Virus record (IMG/VR): IMGVR_UViG_3300032288_001874
Coordinates: 1-26,355 of that record
Origin: a virus
Taxonomy: Duplodnaviria > Caudoviricetes
Strand: one strand, 5' to 3'
Length of the DNA stretch: 26,355 bases
Below are positions 17,336 to 25,313 of the stretch, in pieces. The notes beneath the pieces were generated by a model that searched no databases, was not told where the DNA came from, and saw only the letters and a list, made by a program, of their open reading frames with translations. The position numbers and the translations under genes were made by a program. The first letter of the stretch is position 1. Every line of letters starts with the position of its first letter.

Positions 17336-17629
17336 ATGAGCAAGACGATCCACCCGGTGGAGTGCCAAGGCTGTTGGCCGAAGTACCGCTGGGAGACCAA
17401 GACCGGCAAAGAGAGGCGACTGCCTTGGATCGAAGTCGTGTGTCCGCATTGCGGAGTCATTGCGAAAGGTCCATTCAGCAGGCGGCAAGAGTTCGACCGG
17501 ATTTCGGATGAGCACCGAGAGGCCGCCGACGCAGAGTTGCGTCGCCTGAACCCTGACCTTCCGACTTCGTGGAAGGTCGTCGTCAATGACGGCAAGTTCC
17601 AACTTCAACCGCAGAGGGAAGGAAAGTGA
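17336..17629 (+). CDS. hypothetical zinc-binding protein
   Basis: 97 aa, CQGC and CPHC pairs, SD GAGGAGG. Confidence 0.75.
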   Translation: MSKTIHPVECQGCWPKYRWETKTGKERRLPWIEVVCPHCGVIAKGPFSRRQEFDRISDEHREAADAELRRLNPDLPTSWKVVVNDGKFQLQPQREGK

Positions 17630-17976
17630 TGAAGCAATCAGCATTTGACCGTTGGCTGACTACTCAGCCCGAAGAAGGGCTGGTGCGGATCACCAAGCCG
17701 GATTACATGGGGGACGGTCCCATGGCTGAGTACCCCGTCGATGAATGGACCTGTATGGTCTGCGACAAAGGCGTGGGCTTCTGGATCACAAGCGACCACG
17801 GAGGGTCCTGGACCGACTTCTGGTTGCTCGAAGAGGACGACCAGATGATGTGCGAGGATTGCTACGACACGATGGACCAAATACTGGACCTGCCCGAGCA
17901 ACCGGACTGCGATCGCTGTGGAGCCTTCGCTGGCGACGAACACGGCGCACCATGCGTCGAAGGAGGAGCGCAGTAA
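17626..17976 (+). CDS. hypothetical acidic Cys-rich protein
   Basis: CMVC, CEDC, CDRC..H..C; GTGA overlap. Confidence 0.7.
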   Translation: MMKQSAFDRWLTTQPEEGLVRITKPDYMGDGPMAEYPVDEWTCMVCDKGVGFWITSDHGGSWTDFWLLEEDDQMMCEDCYDTMDQILDLPEQPDCDRCGAFAGDEHGAPCVEGGAQ

Positions 17977-18245
17977 TGGTTGAGGTGATCCGAGTGCCGA
18001 CCCCTGTGGCCGCCATTCAGCATTGGGAGGGTCTGGGCATCCTGGGTCGGCTTTACCTCGCCGAACCCGACTTCACATACAGGTCCCAATTCGGTGGCGA
18101 GTCGTTCGTCGAAGGTCCACCCCATGTCATTCAGACCCTTGTGGACGATGCGAGGAACAATTGTGCGCCGTGGTGCGCAATCTCCGGCACCGTCCAGAGG
18201 GCATTTGGTAGATTCCTGGTCAACGCGAGAGAGAGGATGAAGTGA
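17976..18245 (+). CDS. hypothetical protein
   Basis: TAATG overlap and GGAGGAG SD; MVEVIRVPTP... Confidence 0.65.
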   Translation: MVEVIRVPTPVAAIQHWEGLGILGRLYLAEPDFTYRSQFGGESFVEGPPHVIQTLVDDARNNCAPWCAISGTVQRAFGRFLVNARERMK

Positions 18246-18361
18246 TGTTCGCAGAGATGGAGATGTGCGGTCTGGACCCTTGCCAGAGCGTCACAGGGAA
18301 TTGGCTGATGCTCGGAGTCGGGTCAGTCATCATCTATCTGCTGTGGCGGTACGCCCCGTAG
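18245..18361 (+). CDS. 38-aa membrane peptide
   Basis: TGATG overlap; MFAEMEMCGLDPCQSVTGNWLMLGVGSVIIYLLWRYAP*. Confidence 0.5.
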   Translation: MFAEMEMCGLDPCQSVTGNWLMLGVGSVIIYLLWRYAP

Positions 18362-18383
18362 CGCACCTGCCATAGTGAGATCG

Positions 18384-18428
18384 CACCCACGCCGGACAAA
18401 TCCCCCTGTCTGGCGTGGGTGTTTTCTT
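18384..18428 (+). terminator. intrinsic terminator
   Basis: 15-bp stem CACCCACGCCGGACA / TGTCTGGCGTGGGTG (one G-U), 8-nt loop, followed by TTTTCTT. Confidence 0.85.
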
Positions 18429-18441
18429 GTATCGTTGCGAT

Positions 18442-20352
18442 ATGCCTGTCGGACCATACAAAGACTTCGAGGAGTGCGTGGCGGCCAATCAAGATGTCGA
18501 TGATCCAGAGGCGTATTGCGCATGGCTCGAATCGCAAGTGGAAGAGGCCGACGATTTGTTATCATCGGAACCTATGCGACTACAGATTGTTCCTGTCTCC
18601 GATGTTTTCGTGGACGAGAACGAGGACGGCCTCGATGATGAAACCGGCGAGCCGGTAGCAGAAGAGGTCCCGGCAGAGGAGGAAATGCCTGTCGAGGAGC
18701 CTCAGGCCGCCAAAGAGGACTTCCATTCTTTGCTCGTAGTCGAAGGTGTTTGGACCGGCGACGGCCGCTACATCGAAGAGGACGCTCTCGCATGGCGCAA
18801 CCTGCCTTTGCCCCTCATGGGCCTCGACAAGACGACCGATGCCCACATGGAAGCACGACTGATCGGCAACATCACACGGATCGAGCGTGAGGGCCGAGAG
18901 ATTCATGGCTTCGGGTCTTTCATCCCGACCGAAGACGCGCAAGTGTTACAACTTCAGCAATTGATTCGAGATGGGAACCTTCGAGGCATCTCCGTCGATC
19001 TCGACGCAATGGAATATGAGGTGCTGATCCCTAGCGACAAGGGGCCAGTGGTCGAAGAGGAAGAAGTGACCGACGAGGAACCAGGCGACATCGCAATGCC
19101 CATGGAAGATTTGCGGATGAGGGTCACCGCCGCCCGGATCATGGGTGCGACCGTGGTGCCATTCCCGGCTTTCGAGGAGGCTTTCATAGAGTCGCTGGCC
19201 GCCATCACAGCCTCGCTTCTGTCCGCACCGAAGGTCAGCGGTTTCATTTCGACCCTCGCAAAGTACGACCACATTGACTTCTCGCCACCACAAGGTGCGA
19301 GAGATGAGGCGGCCAAAGGATTGGAATGGCGAGACGAATACAACCGAGGTGGCACCGCCGTTGGTGTCGCTCGCGCCAGAGACCTCGCCAACGGTAAGAA
19401 CATTTCGCCTGACACGATTGTTCGCATGACCTCATATTTTGCGAGGCACGAAGTGGACAAGCAAGGTGAGGGCTGGTCCCCTGGCGAAGATGGTTTCCCG
19501 TCCGCAGGTCGAATCGCTTGGGCTTTGTGGGGTGGCGATCCAGGTCGCGCCTGGTCCGAAAAGGTGAGGCGACAAATGGAAGCGGCCGACAGCAAGAATG
19601 GCGGCCACCCGAAGGACCCGAAAGACCCCGACAAGGAGGAGGAGGACACGATGCTCGCTTCCGGCTTCCCCGGATTGGCCCCTAAAACGCCCCCTAAGGG
19701 GTGGTTCGCCGACCCGGGGCTGAAAGGTCCCACCCCAATGACGGTCACCCAGGAGGGCCGCATTTACGGCCATGTCGCTACCTGGGGAACTTGCCACATC
19801 GGTTTCACGGACCAATGCGTGACCCCTCCCAAGTCGGCCGCTAACTACCAGTATTACTTGACGGGCGAAGTCGTTTGCGAAGATGGCACGAGAGTGCCAG
19901 TCGGGAACATCACGATGGATACCGGCCATGCGCCTCTCAATGCGAATGGCACCGCGGCATTGGCCCACTACGACAACACAGGTTTGGCCGTCGCAGATGT
20001 TCGCACCGGAGAAGACCAGCATGGCATTTGGATGGCAGGCGCAATTCGACCTGACTTGGACCCAAACAAAGTGCGAGCATTGATGGCTTCGGATGTGTCA
20101 GGCGACTGGCGACGCATCGGTGGAAATCTCGAACTCGTCGGTGTCCTCGCTGTCAATGTTCCTGGCTTCCCCAAGCCTCGCCTTCAGATCCATGAGAACG
20201 CTGGCCTCGTCGCTTCGCTGATCGCTTCCATCCCTGCGCAGTCGAAGGAGCCGGACCTCACCAGCGTGGCCGATCGCATCGCCGCCTCGATCGGTAGGTC
20301 AAAGGCTGACCGCAAGGCTTCGATCCGTCGCCGCGTCCACAAGGAGGACTGA
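18442..20352 (+). CDS. capsid maturation protease-like multidomain protein
   Basis: EGVWTGDGR, LRGISVDLD, GATVVPFPAF, GRIYGHVATWGTCHIG, HYDNT, SGDWR, VNVPGFP; lies between MuF and the capsid genes. ATG 18442 preferred because the track start 18415 lies inside the terminator. Confidence 0.78.
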   Translation: MPVGPYKDFEECVAANQDVDDPEAYCAWLESQVEEADDLLSSEPMRLQIVPVSDVFVDENEDGLDDETGEPVAEEVPAEEEMPVEEPQAAKEDFHSLLVVEGVWTGDGRYIEEDALAWRNLPLPLMGLDKTTDAHMEARLIGNITRIEREGREIHGFGSFIPTEDAQVLQLQQLIRDGNLRGISVDLDAMEYEVLIPSDKGPVVEEEEVTDEEPGDIAMPMEDLRMRVTAARIMGATVVPFPAFEEAFIESLAAITASLLSAPKVSGFISTLAKYDHIDFSPPQGARDEAAKGLEWRDEYNRGGTAVGVARARDLANGKNISPDTIVRMTSYFARHEVDKQGEGWSPGEDGFPSAGRIAWALWGGDPGRAWSEKVRRQMEAADSKNGGHPKDPKDPDKEEEDTMLASGFPGLAPKTPPKGWFADPGLKGPTPMTVTQEGRIYGHVATWGTCHIGFTDQCVTPPKSAANYQYYLTGEVVCEDGTRVPVGNITMDTGHAPLNANGTAALAHYDNTGLAVADVRTGEDQHGIWMAGAIRPDLDPNKVRALMASDVSGDWRRIGGNLELVGVLAVNVPGFPKPRLQIHENAGLVASLIASIPAQSKEPDLTSVADRIAASIGRSKADRKASIRRRVHKED

Positions 20353-20522
20353 TGGGTTGCGGTTGTCGCAAGAACAGAACGTCCGTCCCGACGACCCTTT
20401 CCAGTCCTTCGACGGGCTACCAAGTTCTGAAGAACGGTGTGCCGACAGGCCGCCATTTCACTTCGCTCGTCGCGGCACAGAATTACGCTCAGCGCATTGA
20501 CGGCGAGGTCGCTTCGATCTAA
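20352..20522 (+). CDS. small MGCGC-type protein
   Basis: AGGAGG SD and TGATG overlap; MGCGCRKNRTSV...AQRIDGEVASI*, 56 aa. A similar small gene precedes the capsid gene in cluster-B-like phages. Confidence 0.75.
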   Translation: MGCGCRKNRTSVPTTLSSPSTGYQVLKNGVPTGRHFTSLVAAQNYAQRIDGEVASI

Positions 20523-20541
20523 CGCAAACACTTTCGCATTG

Positions 20542-20600
20542 TGCTAGAGTGTCAAACACATAGTTCTCAGTCTGACTGAGGCCGCCGGGTCTGACTCGGC
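20542..20600 (+). promoter_or_regulatory. extended -10 promoter and structured capsid-gene leader
   Basis: TGc-TAGAGT (20542-20550), then two hairpins sharing a GTCTGAC apex (20566-20580, 20584-20600). Confidence 0.55.
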
Positions 20601-20632
20601 TCCATGACCCCTGACCCCTTTGGAGGATGATG

Positions 20633-22210
20633 ATGGAGACCCAGGTCCCCGCCGAATTGAACGCCCTGTCCGATGAAGACCTCGCCGCATTGTCGGACGA
20701 GTTGATCGCCGAATTCGACAAGGTTCACGACTCAGGTTCCAATGATGTCGCAACCCTTGGTGAGATCGCTGATGCGATCGAGGCAGTCCGCAACGAAACG
20801 AATGGCCGCGCCGAGGCCGCACAGAAGGCCGCCGAGGCCGTCGCCGCTCTCGTCGATCGTGTCCACAAGACCGATGAGGTCGAAGTGCAGGACGAAATCA
20901 TCGAGCCGGAAGTGGCCGATGCACCTATCGAAGTCAATGCCGAGGCCGAAGTGGCTGAGGAAGAAAAGGAGTTGGAACTCGTGACCGCATCCGCACCGAA
21001 GGCTCCGTCCGCTTCTGCGGTTCGTCGCCACACCGTTCAGGAGAAGCCCAAGGTGGCCTCGCCTGAGGTCGTCATCACCGCGGCCGCGGATGTTCCCGGC
21101 TTCGCTGGTGGTCAGAACATCGGATTGCTCGATGTGGCCCGTGCGCTCCATTCCAAGGCTCGGACCCTCAACGATCGTTCGCCTCGCGTGCCGGTCGCTC
21201 AGATCACGTACCCGATTGCACCCGAGAACAAGGTCGGTGCCGACCTGGCTCACAACATGGATGTGCTCGATCGGGTGCGTAAGCCCTCCGCTTTGACCGC
21301 GGCTGGTTGGTGCGCACCTTCGACCAACATGTATGACCTGTTCGCTTTGGACGCTGGCGATGGTTTGATCGACCTGCCCACCGTCCAGGTGACTCGCGGA
21401 GGCTTGAATGTGCCTGGATTCATCGGATTCGGTGAGGCCGCCAACGCTCTGTGGACCTGGACCGAGGATTCGGCTGGCGACGAAGAGACCAAGCCCTGCC
21501 TCTATGTGCCGTGTCCCGACTTCACCGACTACCGCTTGGAGGCTGAGGGACTCTGCATCACCGCAGGCAACCTCACCGATCGGGCATACCCGGAGATGAC
21601 CCAGCGGTTCGTTCAGTTGGCCGTGAATAGCCACCTGCACCGCGTCTCGGCCGCAATCATCAACAAGATTGCAGGTGGGGCGACGAATGTGACCATGGGT
21701 GCCGTTGCGACCAGCGCAGTCGGCTCGATCCTCAACGCCATCGACCTTCAGGTTGCCGACTACCGCTCGCAGTACCGCATGAGCGTGAATTCGACTCTTG
21801 AAGCCGTGTTCCCGTTGTGGACCCGCGAGTTGATGCGGTCCGACTTGGCGATGCGTGAGGGCGAGGCGACGAACATCTCGGATGCCGACATCAACGCTCA
21901 CTTCGCTCAGCGCAATGTCCGTCCGCAGTTCGTCCACGACTACCAGCCTCTCTACGGCATGGGAGCACGGACGGCTTGGCCGACCAGCCTCTCGTTCCTG
22001 CTCTACGCCGCTGGCTCGTATGTGCGAGGCGACGGCGGCACCATCGACCTCGGTGTGGTGCGTGACTCGGTGCTGAACGCAACGAACGACTTCACGGCCG
22101 CTTGGACCGAGCAGTTGTACCTCGTCGCTCAGATGGGTCCGGCCGCTCGCCAGGTCGAAGTGGAGTACGCAGTCGATGGCGTGACGGCTTGTTGCCCGAC
22201 CGCTGTCTGA
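20633..22210 (+). CDS. major capsid (hexamer) protein with N-terminal scaffold domain
   Basis: Acidic helical N-terminus, then LTAAGWCAPS...YD, TKPC..VPCP.F, LGVVRDS.LN..ND, typical of cluster-B-like capsids. GGAGG SD; alternative ATGs at 20627 and 20630. Confidence 0.88.
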   Translation: METQVPAELNALSDEDLAALSDELIAEFDKVHDSGSNDVATLGEIADAIEAVRNETNGRAEAAQKAAEAVAALVDRVHKTDEVEVQDEIIEPEVADAPIEVNAEAEVAEEEKELELVTASAPKAPSASAVRRHTVQEKPKVASPEVVITAAADVPGFAGGQNIGLLDVARALHSKARTLNDRSPRVPVAQITYPIAPENKVGADLAHNMDVLDRVRKPSALTAAGWCAPSTNMYDLFALDAGDGLIDLPTVQVTRGGLNVPGFIGFGEAANALWTWTEDSAGDEETKPCLYVPCPDFTDYRLEAEGLCITAGNLTDRAYPEMTQRFVQLAVNSHLHRVSAAIINKIAGGATNVTMGAVATSAVGSILNAIDLQVADYRSQYRMSVNSTLEAVFPLWTRELMRSDLAMREGEATNISDADINAHFAQRNVRPQFVHDYQPLYGMGARTAWPTSLSFLLYAAGSYVRGDGGTIDLGVVRDSVLNATNDFTAAWTEQLYLVAQMGPAARQVEVEYAVDGVTACCPTAV

Positions 22211-22247
22211 CCTGAACGCAAAACGATCTGAACCGATAGGAGGCTAA

Positions 22248-23051
22248 GTGGGAACGCAACTGGCGACATGGCACATGGTTGAGGCACCTACGGCGGTCCC
22301 CTATCGGTTCGGATTGTTTTCGCAAGTCACGCCCAGGACTAGCGACATCTCTGGAGGAGGCGACCATTGGCGGCTCGGTGTCCAGTGGATTTCGCAGGCT
22401 TGTGCGTCAGCGAAACTCACGACTGGTCCGTGCATTGACGAAGAGGTCGCACCGCTGACTCCTGACAATTATTGTTCGGTGTCGAAGTATGACCCCTTCA
22501 CCGTGTATGCGTTCAACAACGACGAGGTGCCTGGATTCTCGATGGCCGAGGACGAAGCGAACACGATTCTGCGCCTCACCAATGGGGAACAGGAAGCCGC
22601 TGAGGAATATGTGTGGGACATCGCCACAGCCGCTATCGGCGGCGACCTGGTGGACCTGACTGCTTATCCTCTTTGGTACAGCCTTGGTTATGTGGAGCAG
22701 GCTCTCGCTGAGGCTTACGGGGGCCAGGGTGTGATCCACATGAGTCGCCTCACAGCGACGATGTTGGCAGACCAGTTGCGAGTCGAAGGCGGCCGCCTCT
22801 TCACTTTGCTCGGCACGCCTGTCGTCGCTGGTGGAGGCTACGACAAGATCGGTAGCACGACTCCTTCAGAGAGTCTGATTTACGGTACTGGCCCGATGGT
22901 GATGTATCGCAGTGAAATTGACACTCGGCAGACCGCAATGAAGAAGGACACGAATCAGGCGAGCATCATCGCTCAACGCGATTATGTGATCGGCTGGGAT
23001 TGCGTCGCTGTCGGCGGTCAGGTCTCCCTCGCAATAGTGGAAGGTGTGTAA
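22248..23051 (+). CDS. second capsid protein (pentamer/minor capsid type)
   Basis: Follows the capsid gene; P..FGLF, PFTVYA, GVIHM, TLLGTPVVAGGGY, GWDC; AGGAGG SD with GTG start. Confidence 0.65.
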   Translation: MGTQLATWHMVEAPTAVPYRFGLFSQVTPRTSDISGGGDHWRLGVQWISQACASAKLTTGPCIDEEVAPLTPDNYCSVSKYDPFTVYAFNNDEVPGFSMAEDEANTILRLTNGEQEAAEEYVWDIATAAIGGDLVDLTAYPLWYSLGYVEQALAEAYGGQGVIHMSRLTATMLADQLRVEGGRLFTLLGTPVVAGGGYDKIGSTTPSESLIYGTGPMVMYRSEIDTRQTAMKKDTNQASIIAQRDYVIGWDCVAVGGQVSLAIVEGV

Positions 23052-23710
23052 TGGCAACAAAGATTCTGAAGTCAATCAAGGGCAAGACGGTCCGCATCAC
23101 TCGTCTGGATGACTGTGGCGATGTTGTGGAAGGTTCCTGTTCGTCGCTGGTGTCGGACTGCTTCGTGTCGGTGACGATCGCTGGCGAGGTCGAAGCCGGT
23201 GACGAGTTCCTGGTGAAGAACGCCTGGGGCGATTTCTGCATCAACGACAAGGACACCGACCGGTTCAAGTGGGCGAATGTGACGATCAATTTCGCTGAGT
23301 TGAATCCGGATGCGCTCGACATCATTTCCAATGCCTCCCCGGTCGTGAGCGGTTCCGATGTGATCGGCGCAACCTTCGGAACGAGTGGCAACGAGTCCGC
23401 TTTCGCTTTGGAAGTGTGGACGAAGCGCACCGGCCAGGACTGCGCTCCTGGCGACCCGGAGTGGGGATACTTCGTTGTGCCGTTCGTCAAGAATGGTCGC
23501 ATCGACGGCGACATTACGATCGAGAACGCCGCTTTGACGATGACCGTGGTTGGTCAGGGTTTCGGTGCGCCTGCTTCTTGGGCCACCACGCCTTACGCCT
23601 CGAACCCTTTCATTGAGTCTTTCCCGGCTGGCGAGTTGTTCGGCATGGTCATCACGGATGTTCAGCCGCCTTCGGACACCGCTGGTTGCGTCGCCATCTC
23701 GTTGCCTTGA
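23051..23710 (+). CDS. major tail protein
   Basis: GKTVRITRLDDCG, KNAWG.FCI, FALEVW, GYFVVPF; TAATG overlap. Confidence 0.75.
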   Translation: MATKILKSIKGKTVRITRLDDCGDVVEGSCSSLVSDCFVSVTIAGEVEAGDEFLVKNAWGDFCINDKDTDRFKWANVTINFAELNPDALDIISNASPVVSGSDVIGATFGTSGNESAFALEVWTKRTGQDCAPGDPEWGYFVVPFVKNGRIDGDITIENAALTMTVVGQGFGAPASWATTPYASNPFIESFPAGELFGMVITDVQPPSDTAGCVAISLP

Positions 23711-23756
23711 CCGATAGCCCAATCCTGGGCATTACACGAAGGCGTATGATGGTGCC

Positions 23757-24446
23757 ATGACTTGCGACCCTTGGCCTGTCCGGTGGCCGTGTTCGATCGA
23801 CACGGAGGACGAAGATAAGGTGGCGGCCGCCCGCGATGCCGCTCAATCAATCTTGTGGTCGTTGTCTGGCCGTAGGTTTGGTCTTTGTTCGACTACAGAG
23901 TCGTACAGGGCGAATTGTTCGTCTGCGTGCGGTATGCCATACAAAACCGCCGATGGATATTGGCATAATTCGATGGCCGACGCTCATACCTGTTGCCATG
24001 TTTTGCTCGCTCAGAAACCAGTCAGGGCTGTCCTCGAACTAAAGGTTGAGAACCAGGTCCAGCCGTCAGACACCTTCGCTTTGGAGCGCGACTACCTTTG
24101 GCGCAAACACGCCTGCTTCCCTTGCGTGGACGACTGCGACGATCCAGTCATCGAAGTGACCTACGCTTACGGTCTTGATGTGCCTGTATTGGGAGAGTTG
24201 GCGATGGGGGAAGTCGCCTGCGAAATCCTCGCTGGCCTTTCTGGGGCTGACTGCCGACTGCCGAGCAATGCGATCAGTGTGTCTCGCCAGGGTGTTTCTG
24301 TGGACCTCGGCGATGCGCAAGTTCTTTTCGATCAGGGGCGTATCGGTTTGCCGATGGCTGACGCATTTCTGCGTGCGGTCAATCCTGGCAGGTTGATGTC
24401 GCAGTCGCAAGTCTTTTCGCCTGACATGGTAAGGCGGTCCAGGTGA
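23757..24446 (+). CDS. head-to-tail adaptor
   Basis: LWSLSGRRFG.C, CRLP.NA.SVSRQGVS, G.IGL..AD.F..AVNP. Confidence 0.75.
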   Translation: MTCDPWPVRWPCSIDTEDEDKVAAARDAAQSILWSLSGRRFGLCSTTESYRANCSSACGMPYKTADGYWHNSMADAHTCCHVLLAQKPVRAVLELKVENQVQPSDTFALERDYLWRKHACFPCVDDCDDPVIEVTYAYGLDVPVLGELAMGEVACEILAGLSGADCRLPSNAISVSRQGVSVDLGDAQVLFDQGRIGLPMADAFLRAVNPGRLMSQSQVFSPDMVRRSR

Positions 24447-24949
24447 ATGATGAGAAGTCACCGCATAGCGTCGCATCGTGGTTGTTGTGTGAGGTCCGCG
24501 ACTCTCTCCTGAACAACAATCGTGACCCTATCCAGCGTGCATATGTGGCCGCTGGCTCGGTCGCTTGGGATGACTGTTGCGGAATGTTGGTAGTGGCCCC
24601 TGAGCGTGTTTACCGCTCGCAATTGTTTCCAAACGAGTTCGCTGACCGCGAGATTTGCGATCTTGGTTGGCTCAATCTCACCTTTGTTGTCCTTTTGGTT
24701 CGTTGTGTTCCGGTGGTCGATGATCGAGGACGCGCACCATCGCAAGAGTCTTTGGATGCGGCATACAAAACGATTCTCGAAGATTCGGCTGTCGTTTGGA
24801 ATACCTTACAATGTATGACTATGCCGGACGACTGGGACAAAGCAGGACTGTCGCAAACCTTTGTTGGAGCCGATGGTGGTTGCATCGGTGTTGAGTCACG
24901 CATCACGATCGGCATACCGCAGTCGAAGTGGAGAATGTATGTCAACTAA
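24443..24949 (+). CDS. putative neck/tail-completion protein
   Basis: GTGA overlap; WDDCCG.L.V, LVRC.P, GGCIG; located after the adaptor. Confidence 0.6.
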   Translation: MNDEKSPHSVASWLLCEVRDSLLNNNRDPIQRAYVAAGSVAWDDCCGMLVVAPERVYRSQLFPNEFADREICDLGWLNLTFVVLLVRCVPVVDDRGRAPSQESLDAAYKTILEDSAVVWNTLQCMTMPDDWDKAGLSQTFVGADGGCIGVESRITIGIPQSKWRMYVN

Positions 24950-25313
24950 CGCGGCGGCCACCTGGCAGATCGTTTGCGATCAAGGCAAAACTTTGACGCG
25001 AGTCATTCGCTATGGGCAGAGGATCGGAGGCGTGTTCGTTCCGTTCGACAACTCTGCTTACGAGGCGAGAATGATGTGGAAGCGGAACTATGATTCGGCT
25101 TCCCCGGCTGTCGATATCAGTTCGGTCGCTGGCGACATCTTTCTGGGTGGTCCGACTGGCGAAATCACCTTCACTGTTTCGGCGGCGACAATGGCGACGC
25201 TGAACGGCAAATATGTGTTCGATCTCGAACTCTATGATGATTCGGGCCCAGTCGAAATCGTTATTGCTCCTGTCCGTGGTACCGCGACAGTTCGGCCTGA
25301 GGTCACAAGTTGA
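24939..25313 (+). CDS. Ig-like virion protein (BppU/LtfC-like)
   Basis: IVCDQGKT...ARM...[18 protein letters not shown]...RGT.TV.PEVT; ATG 24939. Confidence 0.65.
   Translation: MSTNAAATWQIVCDQGKTLTRVIRYGQRIGGVFVPFDNSAYEARMMWKRNYDSASPAVDISSVAGDIFLGGPTGEITFTVSAATMATLNGKYVFDLELYDDSGPVEIVIAPVRGTATVRPEVTS

Noticed and set aside
20732-21937. 401-aa minus-strand ORF and other long antisense ORFs (e.g. 18954-19763, 23072-23722)
   Set aside because: Shadow frames of codon-biased GC-rich genes; no motifs or expression signals.
23717-23730. Hairpin GCCCA-ATCC-TGGGC after the major tail gene as a terminator
   Set aside because: Short stem with no U-tract; insufficient support.
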